This document shows, piece after piece, positions 1 to 10,182 of a stretch of 59,883 nt of DNA; position 1 is the first letter of the stretch; the number at the start of each line of letters is the position of its first letter. The notes under the pieces were generated by a model that did not search any database, was not told the origin of the DNA, and saw nothing but the letters and a program-made list of their open reading frames with translations. The position numbers were made by a program, and so were the translations under genes. This DNA is from Candidatus Bipolaricaulota bacterium (GTDB lineage: Bacteria > Bipolaricaulota > Bipolaricaulia > UBA7950 > UBA9294). The stretch spans positions 1 to 59,883 of the forward strand of contig JAHITR010000124.1 in assembly GCA_018817505.1 (NCBI GenBank), written 5' to 3'.

Positions 1-1
1 C

Positions 2-667
2 GACATCAAGCTGTTCGTTTTGCTTGTTGACGAACGACCGGAGGAAGTCACCGATTTCACACGTTCCATTAAGTCGGGAGAAGTTGTCGCGGCCACGTTT
101 GACATGGAGCCCAAGCATCATACGCGAATCGCCGAGCTGGTAACGGATCGAGCGAAGCGATTGGTCGAGTTGGGACACGATGTGGTCATCTTGATGGATT
201 CCATCACCCGATTGGCGCGGGCCTACAACTTGTCCATTCCTGCATCCGGCAAACTGCTCTCCGGTGGAATGGACCCGTCAGCGCTCTACAAACCGAAAGA
301 ATTCTTCGGCGCCGCACGAAATATGGAGAACGGCGGAAGTCTCACCATCATTGCCACAGCACTTGTGGATACAGGGAGCAAATTGGATCAAGTGGTGTTC
401 GAGGAATTCAAGGGAACCGGAAACATGCAACTGGTCCTGGATCGCAATCTTTCCAACAAGCGTGTCTTCCCTGCCATTGACATTGAACAGTCCGCCACGC
501 GAAAAGAAGAATTGCTTTTGGGCGAAAAAGAATTGAACCGAGTGTGGATCCTGCGTAAGATGATGAGCAACCTAAATGATCCGATGGCGGCGATGGAGTT
601 CGTCAAAGGAAAGATGGAGGCGACAAAGGACAACAATCAGTTCCTTGAGTTGATGAAAAGTGACTAA
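2..667 (+). CDS. rho: Transcription termination factor Rho, C-terminal part (5' end lies outside the window)
   Basis: The frame is open from the window edge. The translation ...[13 protein letters not shown]...[15 protein letters not shown]...[38 protein letters not shown]... is the RecA-type ATPase core of Rho. Confidence 0.95.
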   Translation, partial: DIKLFVLLVDERPEEVTDFTRSIKSGEVVAATFDMEPKHHTRIAELVTDRAKRLVELGHDVVILMDSITRLARAYNLSIPASGKLLSGGMDPSALYKPKEFFGAARNMENGGSLTIIATALVDTGSKLDQVVFEEFKGTGNMQLVLDRNLSNKRVFPAIDIEQSATRKEELLLGEKELNRVWILRKMMSNLNDPMAAMEFVKGKMEATKDNNQFLELMKSD

Positions 668-1661
668 CTCCTCAGGCTATCGGTATCCGACCAGAAAGCC
701 CCTGCGCAAGGATCGAGTAACCATTGCAGTTCTTTTCGTCATTGCGATCATTCTCGTTCCACTCATGCTGCGTTCGGGTTGCACTCGACGTACGGACGAT
801 CCACTGGTTATCGTCGATGATGGCGGGATCACAAATCCAATCGATGACGGGACGACAGTCACCGATCCGTTGAATGATGGGGTCACTGGCGACGGAACCG
901 TCGCTGATGGAACGACGTCCGGCACCTCTGGAAGATTTCTGAAGCACACCGTTGACGATGGAGAGTCCATCGCCGATGTGGCCACCATCCTCGGTGTAAC
1001 CGTGTCGAATTTGCGAGCGAGCAATCGGTTGTTCGGTGGCGAGCAATTGCAGCCGAAACGCATCCTCTACGCCTCGACTGAGGGGATTATTCATATCATC
1101 CAGCAGGGGCAGACGCTGACTGACATCTCCCGCACCTACGCTGTTCCCGTGGATACGCTGGCCAACGCCAATGGGCTAACGGATCGATCGACCATTTTCG
1201 CTGGCGATCGGCTGTTGATCCCCGGCGCCACGACATCATTCTGGAACAACGTTGTTGTCCTGAGCAAGGGAATCCCGAGTCAATTCATCTGGCCGCTAGA
1301 GGGCGAGGTCGTGTCGCATTACGGTCCGCGAATCCATCCAGTCCTTGGAACTGCTGAGAATCATGATGGCATTGACATCGATGTCCCAGAAGGTACGACG
1401 GTTCGAGCCGCTGCTGGCGGCAAAGTATTCTTCTATGGTGAAGAGCCTGGATACGGGAACCTTCTGATCATTTCGCATTCCGGCGGCTTCTACAGCCTGT
1501 ACGGACATCTCGCGGATTCTTTTGTGTTTGTCGGTCAATATGTTGAAATGGGACAGGCTGTCGCGCAATCCGGCAATACGGGAATCTCCTCTGGCCCGCA
1601 TCTTCACTTTGAGCTTCGCAATCGGGAATATCCGATTGATCCAGAACGCTATCTTCCCTGA
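660..1661 (+). CDS. Membrane-anchored LysM-domain M23 family metallopeptidase (murein endopeptidase-like)
   Basis: It has an N-terminal TM helix ([18 protein letters not shown]) and two LysM-like repeats ([18 protein letters not shown]..., [18 protein letters not shown]...). The M23 motifs [12 protein letters not shown] and [16 protein letters not shown] are present. The start overlaps the rho stop by 8 nt. Confidence 0.9.
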   Translation: MTNSSGYRYPTRKPLRKDRVTIAVLFVIAIILVPLMLRSGCTRRTDDPLVIVDDGGITNPIDDGTTVTDPLNDGVTGDGTVADGTTSGTSGRFLKHTVDDGESIADVATILGVTVSNLRASNRLFGGEQLQPKRILYASTEGIIHIIQQGQTLTDISRTYAVPVDTLANANGLTDRSTIFAGDRLLIPGATTSFWNNVVVLSKGIPSQFIWPLEGEVVSHYGPRIHPVLGTAENHDGIDIDVPEGTTVRAAAGGKVFFYGEEPGYGNLLIISHSGGFYSLYGHLADSFVFVGQYVEMGQAVAQSGNTGISSGPHLHFELRNREYPIDPERYLP

Positions 1662-1664
1662 TTT

Positions 1665-2921
1665 ATGAAGGCCTTGCTGATTGATGGAGGCGAGCCGCTT
1701 CGCGGAACGGTTTCCATTAGCGGAGCCAAGAACGCCGCATTGCCTGCCTGTGTCGCCGCATTACTCACAGAGGATCCAGTGGTTCTTCACGCCGTCCCTC
1801 AACTGCGCGATGTCAGCACCATTCTCTACATGTTGGGGGCTTTGGGAAAACGTGTCGTCCGAAATGATGCCCATGTTTCGATCGCAGCTGGCGGGGCGCT
1901 TGTCTCTGAAGCGAATGCCTATTCTGTAGGCCAGATGAGAGCATCGTTCCTCGTGCTGGGTCCGCTCGTGGCGCGACTGGGGAAAGCCGTCGTTCCCTTA
2001 CCCGGGGGGTGCGCGATTGGTGCCCGTCCTGTGGATCTGCATCTTGAAGGGCTACGCGCCCTGGGCGCTCAGGTTGAGGAGCGGATTGGCTCCGTGCTTG
2101 TGACTGCCAAACAACTCACTGGAACCTCAATTCATCTTCCGTTTCCCTCCGTAGGAGCGACGGAGCAGATCATCATGACGGCCAGTCTCGCAGCAGGTGA
2201 GACGAGCATTCATAACGCATCGATTGAGCCAGAAGTGATCGATCTCATCGATCTGCTTGAGAAGATGGGCGCAGTGATCTCTGTGTCCAATCGGACGATC
2301 GACATTGTCGGTCAGCGATCGCTGCATGGAGCTGAACACACGCTGATCCCCGATCGCATGGAAGCAGGGACGATGCTGCTGGCAGGGGCGATCACTCAGG
2401 GCAGCGTCTCTGTGTCGCCTATGCCCGCTGTGCATCTTGAGGCATTTCTCGACGCCTTAAGGGCCACTGGGTGTGAAGTGGAGGTCGATGGCACAACGAT
2501 TACCGGGCGCAGTCTGGGGCGTGCCCGGGCGACCTCTATCGCCACAGCCCCCTATCCTGGATTCCCAACGGATCTTCATCCTCCCATGGCCGCCTATCTG
2601 GCGACCGCGAACGGACGTAGTTCGATCCAGGAATCGGTTTTTGAGCAGCGCTTTGCCTATACGCGTGCACTGAGTAAGATGGGGACTCGTATGATCCAAG
2701 ACGGATCATCCCTGATGATCGAAGGGGTTCCCACGTTGTCTGGCCGCTCCGTGGAAGCGCCGGACATTCGGGGAGGTGCAGCGCTAATCCTTGCAGGATT
2801 GGCGGCGCAGGGGCGAACCACAATCACTGGCTTGGATCACGTTGATCGAGGGCACGAACATCTTGAAGCGAAATTAAGAAGCCTAGGAGCACGTATTGAG
2901 CGACGAGAAAGCATTGCCTAG
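1665..2921 (+). CDS. murA: UDP-N-acetylglucosamine 1-carboxyvinyltransferase
   Basis: 418 aa. The N-terminus LRGTVSISGAKNAALP, the active-site region PGGCAIGARPVDLH and FPTDL...RGGAALILAGL are typical of MurA. Confidence 0.95.
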   Translation: MKALLIDGGEPLRGTVSISGAKNAALPACVAALLTEDPVVLHAVPQLRDVSTILYMLGALGKRVVRNDAHVSIAAGGALVSEANAYSVGQMRASFLVLGPLVARLGKAVVPLPGGCAIGARPVDLHLEGLRALGAQVEERIGSVLVTAKQLTGTSIHLPFPSVGATEQIIMTASLAAGETSIHNASIEPEVIDLIDLLEKMGAVISVSNRTIDIVGQRSLHGAEHTLIPDRMEAGTMLLAGAITQGSVSVSPMPAVHLEAFLDALRATGCEVEVDGTTITGRSLGRARATSIATAPYPGFPTDLHPPMAAYLATANGRSSIQESVFEQRFAYTRALSKMGTRMIQDGSSLMIEGVPTLSGRSVEAPDIRGGAALILAGLAAQGRTTITGLDHVDRGHEHLEAKLRSLGARIERRESIA

Positions 2922-4251
2922 AGAAGAATTACTGATCGAAGATCGCCTTGGATTGCGAGCCCGTGTCATGGGGACTGAACAGGCAATCCTGGTTGGCATT
3001 CTCTATGGCCGTGAGGAAGAAGAGGAGTCGCTACGAGAACTCGAATCGCTTGCTGACACGGCTGGCATTCCCACACTGGCGGTGATGGTTCAGAAACGAC
3101 ACCGGCCTCATCCGGCAACATTCATTGGTCAAGGGAAGGTTGACGAGCTCAAGCTGGCGTTGAGTGAGTTGGGGGCCGATGTCGTCATTTTCAATGAAGA
3201 ACTGCGCCCCGCTCAGGCGCGAAACCTGGAGAAGGCGCTCAACACCAAAGTGATTGATCGAACTCAGCTCATTATGGACATCTTCGCTCAACGGGCGTCC
3301 ACAAAGGAAGCGAAGCTGCAAGTGGAGCTGGCACAACTTCACTATTTGCTCCCTCGATTGCGCGGATGGGGTATGTCGCTTACGCGAGCAGGAGGCCGTG
3401 CCGTAGGAGGCGTCGGAACGCGTGGCCCCGGAGAAACTCAGCTAGAACTCGATCGAAACAAGATTTATCTTCGCATCCATTCCCTGGAACGTCGACTGAA
3501 GAAGGCGTCCAGCGAGCGAGCTGTTCGTCGCCACAAGCGAACTCAGAGTGAGCTGCCCGAAATCGCGCTGATCGGATATACGAACAGCGGAAAATCCACG
3601 CTTCTCAATCTTCTCTGTGGCGCGGATGCGTTCGTTGAAGACAAATTGTTTGCAACATTGGACACTCGCGTGCGGCGCACCGACATTGTCCCCGGACGAG
3701 CCGTTCTGATTGCAGATACCGTGGGATTCATACAGGACTTGCCTCATGACCTTGTTCCGGCATTTGCTGCCACATTGGAGGCCGCTCAAACGGCTGATCT
3801 GCTTCTCCACGTGGTTGATGTGTCCAAGACATCTTGGGAATCCGATGTCCGGGCAGTGATGGAAACCCTGGAGAGCGAGGTCTTCCAAAAGGATGACCAT
3901 CGCCCGCCCATCCTGACTGTGCTCAACAAGCTGGATTGTTGTGAGGGGAGCTTCTCGACAAGCATCGAGGGCATCGCCATTTCTGCCAAGAATGGCACGA
4001 ACGTTGATGAGCTTCGGGAGGCGATTGCTGAGAGACTGTTCTCCAAGAGCCTCGATGTCGCCTTTACGCTGCCGCATCAAGCGCTTTACGCGCTTCATCC
4101 GTTTACGGCTACAGGGCGCGCGCGCATTGTCGGCTACGTAGAAGCTGGCGCGCAAATAGAGGGACTGCTTTCCGAAGATGAGTGGCATGGCCTTCAGGCC
4201 GTGGGGGCCAAACTCAGCGCCTTCGCTTCCGTCCCGGACGAAGCACCGTAA
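2896..4251 (+). CDS. hflX: GTPase HflX
   Basis: It has the HflX N-domain (QAILVGI..., RTQLIMDIFAQRASTKEAKLQVELAQL, GTRGPGETQLE) and G-motifs GYTNSGKST, DTVGF and NKLD. A TTG start at 2896 is preceded by AGGAG (2884-2888). An alternative ATG lies at 2968. Confidence 0.9.
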   Translation: MSDEKALPREELLIEDRLGLRARVMGTEQAILVGILYGREEEEESLRELESLADTAGIPTLAVMVQKRHRPHPATFIGQGKVDELKLALSELGADVVIFNEELRPAQARNLEKALNTKVIDRTQLIMDIFAQRASTKEAKLQVELAQLHYLLPRLRGWGMSLTRAGGRAVGGVGTRGPGETQLELDRNKIYLRIHSLERRLKKASSERAVRRHKRTQSELPEIALIGYTNSGKSTLLNLLCGADAFVEDKLFATLDTRVRRTDIVPGRAVLIADTVGFIQDLPHDLVPAFAATLEAAQTADLLLHVVDVSKTSWESDVRAVMETLESEVFQKDDHRPPILTVLNKLDCCEGSFSTSIEGIAISAKNGTNVDELREAIAERLFSKSLDVAFTLPHQALYALHPFTATGRARIVGYVEAGAQIEGLLSEDEWHGLQAVGAKLSAFASVPDEAP

Positions 4252-5035
4252 TCTCCGATAAGGCAACTTCCAGCCGTTCGCGATCCTCTGTAAGAATGGT
4301 GACAGATTTCCGGAAGATATTGTGAGAGATGAGTTTGCCCCTCTTGTCATTCCATTCGACCTGGGCTCCAAGTTTCGGGAAATCGATCAACTCCTTCTGA
4401 TACGATTCATGCTCGTAGGCCAGGCAACACATCAAGCGTCCACACGCGCCTGTGATGCGCTCCGGGGATACGAACAACTCTTGGTCATAGGCCATTTCCA
4501 TGGGGACAGGATTGGTTTCGCGTAGGAAACGGTGGCAACAGATTTCCAGTCCGCAACGTCCCAATCCGCCCTTGATGCGAGCTTCGTCTCGAGCGCCCAT
4601 CTGTCGCAGCTCAATTCGTGTCCCATAACGGCTCGCCAAGTCGCGCAAAAGTGACCGGAAGTCGACGCGGTGAGGTGCTGTGAAATAAATGCGGAGCTGT
4701 TTGCGATCCAAGGTGTATTCAGCTGCCACCAAATGCATCGGCAGCTCGTGATGAGCGATTACCTCGCGTGTCGATGACATAATACGCTCGGCATCGGCTT
4801 GGTTATACCGATAGGTCTCAATGTCCGATGGTGTCGCCACGCGAACCACGGGTTCCAGCTGCTCGACCAACCCTTCACCGGCGTCAAGCTCCCCCATCAT
4901 AACACCGAGGCGGAGTCCGCTATGTTCGACGACGCAGGAGTTGCCGACCTGTAGCGAGAGGCATCCTGCACTGAAATAGACGGTTTCGCGATCGAGATTC
5001 TGAACATGAACCAGCACGACGCGCTCAGCTGCCAT
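4214..5035 (-). CDS. ricT: PSP1 domain protein (YaaT/RicT-like)
   Basis: It carries the PSP1-type Cys motifs GLGRCGLEICC and CGRLMCCLAYE. It sits immediately downstream of holB, as in Bacillus (holB-yaaT). Its 3' end overlaps the convergent hflX by 38 nt. Confidence 0.8.
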   Translation of the reverse strand: MAAERVVLVHVQNLDRETVYFSAGCLSLQVGNSCVVEHSGLRLGVMMGELDAGEGLVEQLEPVVRVATPSDIETYRYNQADAERIMSSTREVIAHHELPMHLVAAEYTLDRKQLRIYFTAPHRVDFRSLLRDLASRYGTRIELRQMGARDEARIKGGLGRCGLEICCHRFLRETNPVPMEMAYDQELFVSPERITGACGRLMCCLAYEHESYQKELIDFPKLGAQVEWNDKRGKLISHNIFRKSVTILTEDRERLEVALSEITVLRPGRKRRR

Positions 5036-6041
5036 GAGTCTCTCCTTCGGATGTCAAGAACAAGGATAGCAGAATCCCCTCGACAGGCCCATAGACAGCT
5101 AGTGATCGGTGAGCATCGTCCAGAGCAAAACAGAACTCGTGCAAACGATCCATCCCCATAGCCTGGCGGACTTGTGCGGCCAGCGGATCACTCAGTGAAT
5201 CAGAGCGACTTCCGAATCGAATCAGATCGAAGGCAACTGCCAACGAGTCGTGGAGGAACGTGGCGATGACTTCCCGCGTCTGCGACGCGAGCAGGCGAAT
5301 GCCAACGGTGAGGAGTTCGGCATCACAAGTCGCCATTCTTGTCAGAAATGTGAGGAGCGCTTGTCGTCGCAGGATGGGGGTTCCGCTCAGAGCGGCCTCC
5401 ATTGTTGCGCGGATGTCGGCGTTGGCCAGTTCCGCTGCTGTGTTAGCTAGTGATTGGCGCACATCCACCGGTGCCGCCAGGAGCGCATCAAGCTCACCAT
5501 CTCGAAGCATCAATCGGGCAATCCAGTCTGCCTGCGGTGGGGCGTACGACGCATCGATGAGTCGAGCAGTCAATTGGGGTATAGAGGCGATGGGCATTCG
5601 GATGAGTCGACTGCGTGAAACAATCGTGGGCAACAAGTCAGACGGATGCTCGGCGAGTAGAATGAATTGGAGGCCTCTGGGTGGCTCCTCGAGTATCTTC
5701 AGAAGCGCATTGGCCGCCTCGACAGTCAATGCCTCTGCGTTGGCAATCAAGCACACCTTACATTTGGATTGCACGGGCGCGAATTGGGCCGATCGGATGA
5801 CCTCGCGCACCTGCCCAATACCGATTCGCTCCTTCCCCTCAGGCGGGGACAGCTCGATGATGTCTGGATGAATACCGCGAACGGCCTTTGATGTGTCGGG
5901 CTCGCACGTTGAAACAACGGCCGAGGCGAGACGACGTCCCTCGGACAATCGATTAATCGAACGGCTGACCAGATAGATGGTCGCGGCTGCTTGGGATCCG
6001 TCCGGTGTCCCGTTTGATGGGAGGGTTGCGTTCGAGTTCAT
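5025..6041 (-). CDS. holB: DNA polymerase III delta' subunit
   Basis: Motifs HPDIIEL, KVCLIANAEALTVEAANALLKILEEPP and PTIVSRSRL are present. The maximal ORF reaches 6185 but would overlap mobB by 101 nt. The ATG at 6041 has GGAGAA/GGGAAA upstream. The start is uncertain (alternatives 6161 and 6185). Confidence 0.8.
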   Translation of the reverse strand: MNSNATLPSNGTPDGSQAAATIYLVSRSINRLSEGRRLASAVVSTCEPDTSKAVRGIHPDIIELSPPEGKERIGIGQVREVIRSAQFAPVQSKCKVCLIANAEALTVEAANALLKILEEPPRGLQFILLAEHPSDLLPTIVSRSRLIRMPIASIPQLTARLIDASYAPPQADWIARLMLRDGELDALLAAPVDVRQSLANTAAELANADIRATMEAALSGTPILRRQALLTFLTRMATCDAELLTVGIRLLASQTREVIATFLHDSLAVAFDLIRFGSRSDSLSDPLAAQVRQAMGMDRLHEFCFALDDAHRSLAVYGPVEGILLSLFLTSEGETHGS

Positions 6042-6084
6042 GTTTCCCGCGTTCTCCAGGGAGAAGATTGCTTCCGTGAGCGAC

Positions 6085-6588
6085 TCATGTCGATAGGAAC
6101 CTCTGTTCGAGATAGTCGGCAATCGCTGCTCGATTGCGTGGAGAGAAGGTTGGCGTGCCATCGGGAAGCGCGATCGCCGAATCACTCACCACAGCGATGA
6201 CGTCGATATCGCCAGCCAACGGCTCCTGGGTGACCTGATTCGTCCGCCGAAAGACCTCGATTTTGGGGAACGGACCGTGCTTCAAACCCTCAATCAGCAC
6301 GATATCGCAGTCTGAGAACAGCTTTTGCAGTTCTACCTCCAAATCCCCAATCGAGGATTGAGGCCAAGTCATGACCGCGGAATAGCTGTCCAGCAACAAC
6401 ATCCGATGAGCGCCCGACTGGCGAAGCAGTTGCGAGTCAGAGCCAGGTGAGTCAGAGACCGTCAAATGGGGAGCATGCTTCACTGTGCCAACTTTCAGGC
6501 CGCGCTCGGTTAGCGTCTCCACCAGACGAGTCAGCAACTGCGTCTTGCCAGCATTGTGATGACCGATGAAGCTAACGACAGGAATCAT
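6085..6588 (-). CDS. mobB: Molybdopterin-guanine dinucleotide biosynthesis adapter protein MobB
   Basis: It has the P-loop VVSFIGHHNAGKTQLL and VGTVKH. The ATG at 6588 forms a TGATG stop-start overlap with the upstream aor gene and is preceded by GAGAGG. The maximal ORF starts at 6618. Confidence 0.85.
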   Translation of the reverse strand: MIPVVSFIGHHNAGKTQLLTRLVETLTERGLKVGTVKHAPHLTVSDSPGSDSQLLRQSGAHRMLLLDSYSAVMTWPQSSIGDLEVELQKLFSDCDIVLIEGLKHGPFPKIEVFRRTNQVTQEPLAGDIDVIAVVSDSAIALPDGTPTFSPRNRAAIADYLEQRFLST

Positions 6589-8435
6589 CAGGTACCTCTC
6601 TGTAGCTTGCCGACACAATCATCCATATTCAGACGCTTCAGTGTCTCGTCCGTGGGGCCAAACTTATCGTAGCCGCGCAAGTCATAATAATCGGCGATGG
6701 CTTTGTCCATGGTGGAGGGATCTACAGGATGGTTTCGACTCGCTCCTGTAGACAACGACTCGGAGAAGCGGGCTGGCAATCCGTCCTTGGAAATCGTGTG
6801 CCCAGCACGTCCGCTCAGAAGCCGCATCGCTGCGTAGGCGCGCTCGCCGACTTGCAGCATGTGCTTTGCGTCCATTGATTGCCCAGTGGCTGCCGCCAGC
6901 AGCGAACGAATGGCCGGATAGCTGTAGCCCTCGCCTGTTGCATGGGGAGTAAAGCAGCAAATGACGAGGCAGTTGTCGAACGAGCGAAGGTTCTCAAATG
7001 CCACGGTCGGTTGCGCTTTGTCAGATAATGTGAATCGATCATACGCATGCGTCACGCCGATTTCTGGTGAAGGAGATTCCGAGGCCAGCATCGTATCGTG
7101 CATCCCCTCCATGTGTGTGGCTCCACGTGGGGACGTCGCATAGCTCAAACCCATCCCCTGTTTGCCTCGTGGCTCATGCATGGGCAGTTCAGCACCCTTG
7201 ATTGTCATGGCAAAGTCTGCGCCGATCCTGCTGGCAAGCAGATCGAGTCCATCCGCAGCCTTTCCAGCCCATCCCTCGCGATGCGCTAGATCCTTCACCA
7301 ACTTGATGATGGCTGGAGAATCGCCCCAAGGGATCACGGTTTCAATGAGCCCCTTCTCTGACGCTTCCATCAGAAAAGAGATAACGACGCCAGCGGAAAT
7401 CGTATCGACACCTAGATCATTGCATAGCTGATTTGCCAGCGCGATCGAATCGAGATCCTTGTTCAGGCAAAGCGAGCCCAAAGCTGCCAGCGTCTCGTAT
7501 TCGGGGCCACCGAATTCCGGAAGAACGGCCTCGCCAGCGAACGTGGTCTCAACGACCCGCTTGCAACGAATAGGACACCCGACACATGTATCGCGGCTGG
7601 CGAGAATGGTCTCTTCCATACGGATGCCGCTGATCGCGTCGGCGTGTTCGAACGTGCCTTGCTGAAAATTCTTGGTTGGCAAGATTCCCATTTCAGACAG
7701 AACGGTCACGCCCCCGCCCGTACCGTATCTTCCGAAATGCTCATAGCCGCTGTCGGTGAATGTCTTGGCGTATGCGGCACGTTCTTTCGTAAATCGCTTG
7801 CTGTCTGCCAGTGTCTTCTCAAGGTGGCCCCTCACGACAATCGCCTTGAGCTTCTTGAAACCCATCACCGCGCCAAAGCCGGGACGGCCAGCAGCGCGCG
7901 CGCGGTCATTGATAATGCAGGCCTGTACAACTCTGTTCTCACCCGCTACGCCAATAGAGCTGACTCGAGCGCCGGGGTATCGCGTTTTCAGCGACTCCTC
8001 TGTAGCCCCTGTTCCTGCACCCCAGAGGTCGTCAGCTCGCTCCAAGGACGCTTTGCCATCGATGAGTGCGAGAATAACAGGCGCCTCGGATGCCCCTCGG
8101 ATGAGAAGGCCATCATATCCGCTGCGAGCGAGTTCGTGGCCGAAGAATCCGCCACTGTAGGAGTCGGCGACTCGCCCTGTCTTCGGGGAGATGGAAAGCA
8201 CGGCGTGGCGGCCGCCCCCGACGACCATGGTCCCCTGAAATGGGCCAGTGGCAAACACGAGGATGTTCTCTGGGGACAGTGCCGTAGCGGACGCAGACAG
8301 CTCTTCGAGCAGCAATCGAGCTGCGAGTCCCTTTCCTCCGACAAATCGGGATTGCCAATCCTCGGGGATTGCATAATCGCTAATATGGCCTTCAGTCAGG
8401 TCGACGTCCAGATATTTTCCAAATGACGCGTGCAT
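6588..8435 (-). CDS. aor: Aldehyde:ferredoxin oxidoreductase family (tungsto/molybdo-pterin) enzyme
   Basis: 615 aa. The N-terminus GKYLDVDLTEGHI...GGKGLAARLL, the 4Fe-4S ligand region DTCVGCPIRCKR and the C-terminal domain motifs (GAELPMHEPRGKQGMGLSYATSPRGATH) fit the AOR family. Confidence 0.9.
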   Translation of the reverse strand: MHASFGKYLDVDLTEGHISDYAIPEDWQSRFVGGKGLAARLLLEELSASATALSPENILVFATGPFQGTMVVGGGRHAVLSISPKTGRVADSYSGGFFGHELARSGYDGLLIRGASEAPVILALIDGKASLERADDLWGAGTGATEESLKTRYPGARVSSIGVAGENRVVQACIINDRARAAGRPGFGAVMGFKKLKAIVVRGHLEKTLADSKRFTKERAAYAKTFTDSGYEHFGRYGTGGGVTVLSEMGILPTKNFQQGTFEHADAISGIRMEETILASRDTCVGCPIRCKRVVETTFAGEAVLPEFGGPEYETLAALGSLCLNKDLDSIALANQLCNDLGVDTISAGVVISFLMEASEKGLIETVIPWGDSPAIIKLVKDLAHREGWAGKAADGLDLLASRIGADFAMTIKGAELPMHEPRGKQGMGLSYATSPRGATHMEGMHDTMLASESPSPEIGVTHAYDRFTLSDKAQPTVAFENLRSFDNCLVICCFTPHATGEGYSYPAIRSLLAAATGQSMDAKHMLQVGERAYAAMRLLSGRAGHTISKDGLPARFSESLSTGASRNHPVDPSTMDKAIADYYDLRGYDKFGPTDETLKRLNMDDCVGKLQRGT

Positions 8436-8553
8436 TGCCCCTCCCTTCTTCGAGACAGGCCCCTATTGTACGATGTGCCGCAAGTCGCAGCCAGTTTGCG
8501 TTTCAAGAATCACTACTCGATAATTTGACAACTTCATCAGAAGAGGTGACTGC

Positions 8554-10179
8554 ATGAGAACGCTTTCCCAAGTCCTGCGCGACACAACGGAGAAGTTTCC
8601 GCAACGCAACGCCATTCTGGATCCAAGCGGAACGACGTTGACGTACAAGCAGCTCGACAGCAAGGTTGACCAGCTGGCTCGAGGGATGCTCGAACTGGGC
8701 GTCGCCAAGGGTGACAAGGTCGGATTGTGGATGCCCAATATCCCCGAGTGGGTCGTCGCCTACTATGCGATTGCCCGCGTCGGAGCCGTTGTTGTGCCGA
8801 TGAATACGCGCTACAAAACCCACGAAGTGGAATACATTCTCAACAATTCCGAAGCCACTACGCTATTTGCTGTAGATGCATTTGCTGGCATCGATTACCT
8901 CACGATGATTGGAGAGATTCGGGGCAATCTGCCGAATTTGAAACACGTGATCGTGGTTGGACAGCCTGGTCAACATATGCATCGCTTCGAGTCCGTTTCA
9001 GAACGAGGTTCAAGCTTCTTGAAGGATGGCGTTTTGGCAGAGCGTGAAGCGTCCTGCGATCCTATGGACAACGTCTTCATCCTCTATACCTCGGGGACGA
9101 CAGGCAATCCGAAAGGGGCGATGCTTTCGCATCACAACATCGCCAAAAACGCCGAGCAAGTCACTGAAGTTCTTCACACGGAACAGCAGGATGTGTTCTT
9201 GCTGGCCGTACCCTTCTTCCATTGTTTCGGATGTGTGATGGGAATCGCTGGTGCCATCACATGGGGTGCAGCCATGGTCCCCATGCAAATTTTCAAACCT
9301 GTTGACGCCCTTAAGCTCGTGGAGCGATTTGGAATCAGCGTGCTGTATGGTGTTCCGACGATGTTTGTGCTGGAGCTTGAGGAATACCGAAAAGGGAAAG
9401 CTGATGGATCGGCGTATGACGTATCGACTTTGCGAACAGGGATCATGGCCGGCGCTCCGTGCCCAGTTGAGGTCATGCGCGGCACGATGGAGGACATGCA
9501 TTGCAACGTTTCCATCGCCTATGGCCTGACTGAGGCATCGCCCGTGATTACGATGACGCGGTTTGATGATTCCGTGGCTCGCCGAGTTGAAACCGTGGGC
9601 CGTGCCTTGAGTGGAATCGAAGTCAAAATCGCCGATGAGGACCGAAAGCCTCTTGCCACTGGGGAAATGGGAGAATTGGCTTGCCGAGGCTACAACGTGA
9701 TGATGGGCTATTTCCAGATGCCTGACAAGACCGCCGAGTCCATTGACGCCGACGGCTGGCTGTATTCGGGGGATCTGGCCACCATGGACGCCGACGGCTA
9801 CGTGCAGATCGTTGGACGCAAGAAGGACATGCTGATCTGCGGCGGATTCAACGTCTATCCTGCTGAAATCGAGGAGTACCTGTTCACGCACCCTAAGGTG
9901 CAGAACGTGTCTGTGATTGGAATGCCAGATTCAGTCATGGGAGAAGTGGCTGTTGCCTACATCATTCCTCGCGAAGGGCAAACGATAGACCCGCAGGAAA
10001 TTGTCGACTACTGCGCAGGCGAAATTGCCAACTTCAAGGTCCCCCGTTACGTCGAATTGATCCGGGAGCTTCCGATGACACAGTCAGGGAAAATCCAGAA
10101 ATTCCGATTGCGCGAGATTGCCAAGGCATCGATGGACGCCGGGCAGATGAAGCAGATTCGGCCTTCGAGAACATCGTAA
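8554..10179 (+). CDS. AMP-dependent acyl-CoA synthetase/ligase (fatty-acid-CoA ligase-like)
   Basis: It has the AMP-binding motif LYTSGTTGNPKGAMLSH, the region YGLTEASP and GDLATMDADGYVQIVGRKKDMLICGGFNVYPAEIE. The C-terminal Lys sits in SGKIQKF. Confidence 0.9.
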   Translation: MRTLSQVLRDTTEKFPQRNAILDPSGTTLTYKQLDSKVDQLARGMLELGVAKGDKVGLWMPNIPEWVVAYYAIARVGAVVVPMNTRYKTHEVEYILNNSEATTLFAVDAFAGIDYLTMIGEIRGNLPNLKHVIVVGQPGQHMHRFESVSERGSSFLKDGVLAEREASCDPMDNVFILYTSGTTGNPKGAMLSHHNIAKNAEQVTEVLHTEQQDVFLLAVPFFHCFGCVMGIAGAITWGAAMVPMQIFKPVDALKLVERFGISVLYGVPTMFVLELEEYRKGKADGSAYDVSTLRTGIMAGAPCPVEVMRGTMEDMHCNVSIAYGLTEASPVITMTRFDDSVARRVETVGRALSGIEVKIADEDRKPLATGEMGELACRGYNVMMGYFQMPDKTAESIDADGWLYSGDLATMDADGYVQIVGRKKDMLICGGFNVYPAEIEEYLFTHPKVQNVSVIGMPDSVMGEVAVAYIIPREGQTIDPQEIVDYCAGEIANFKVPRYVELIRELPMTQSGKIQKFRLREIAKASMDAGQMKQIRPSRTS

Positions 10180-10182
10180 GTT

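Noticed and set aside
3442-4371. There is a 309-aa ORF antisense to hflX. Similar long antisense ORFs occur at 7644-8426, 9010-9891, 20207-20974, 24538-25368, 26762-27649 and 55384-56307.
   Set aside because: Each lies wholly inside, and opposite to, a gene with strong conserved motifs. Their translations are Arg/Ser/Pro-rich and low in complexity, with no motifs and no RBS. They are typical shadow ORFs of GC-rich coding DNA.
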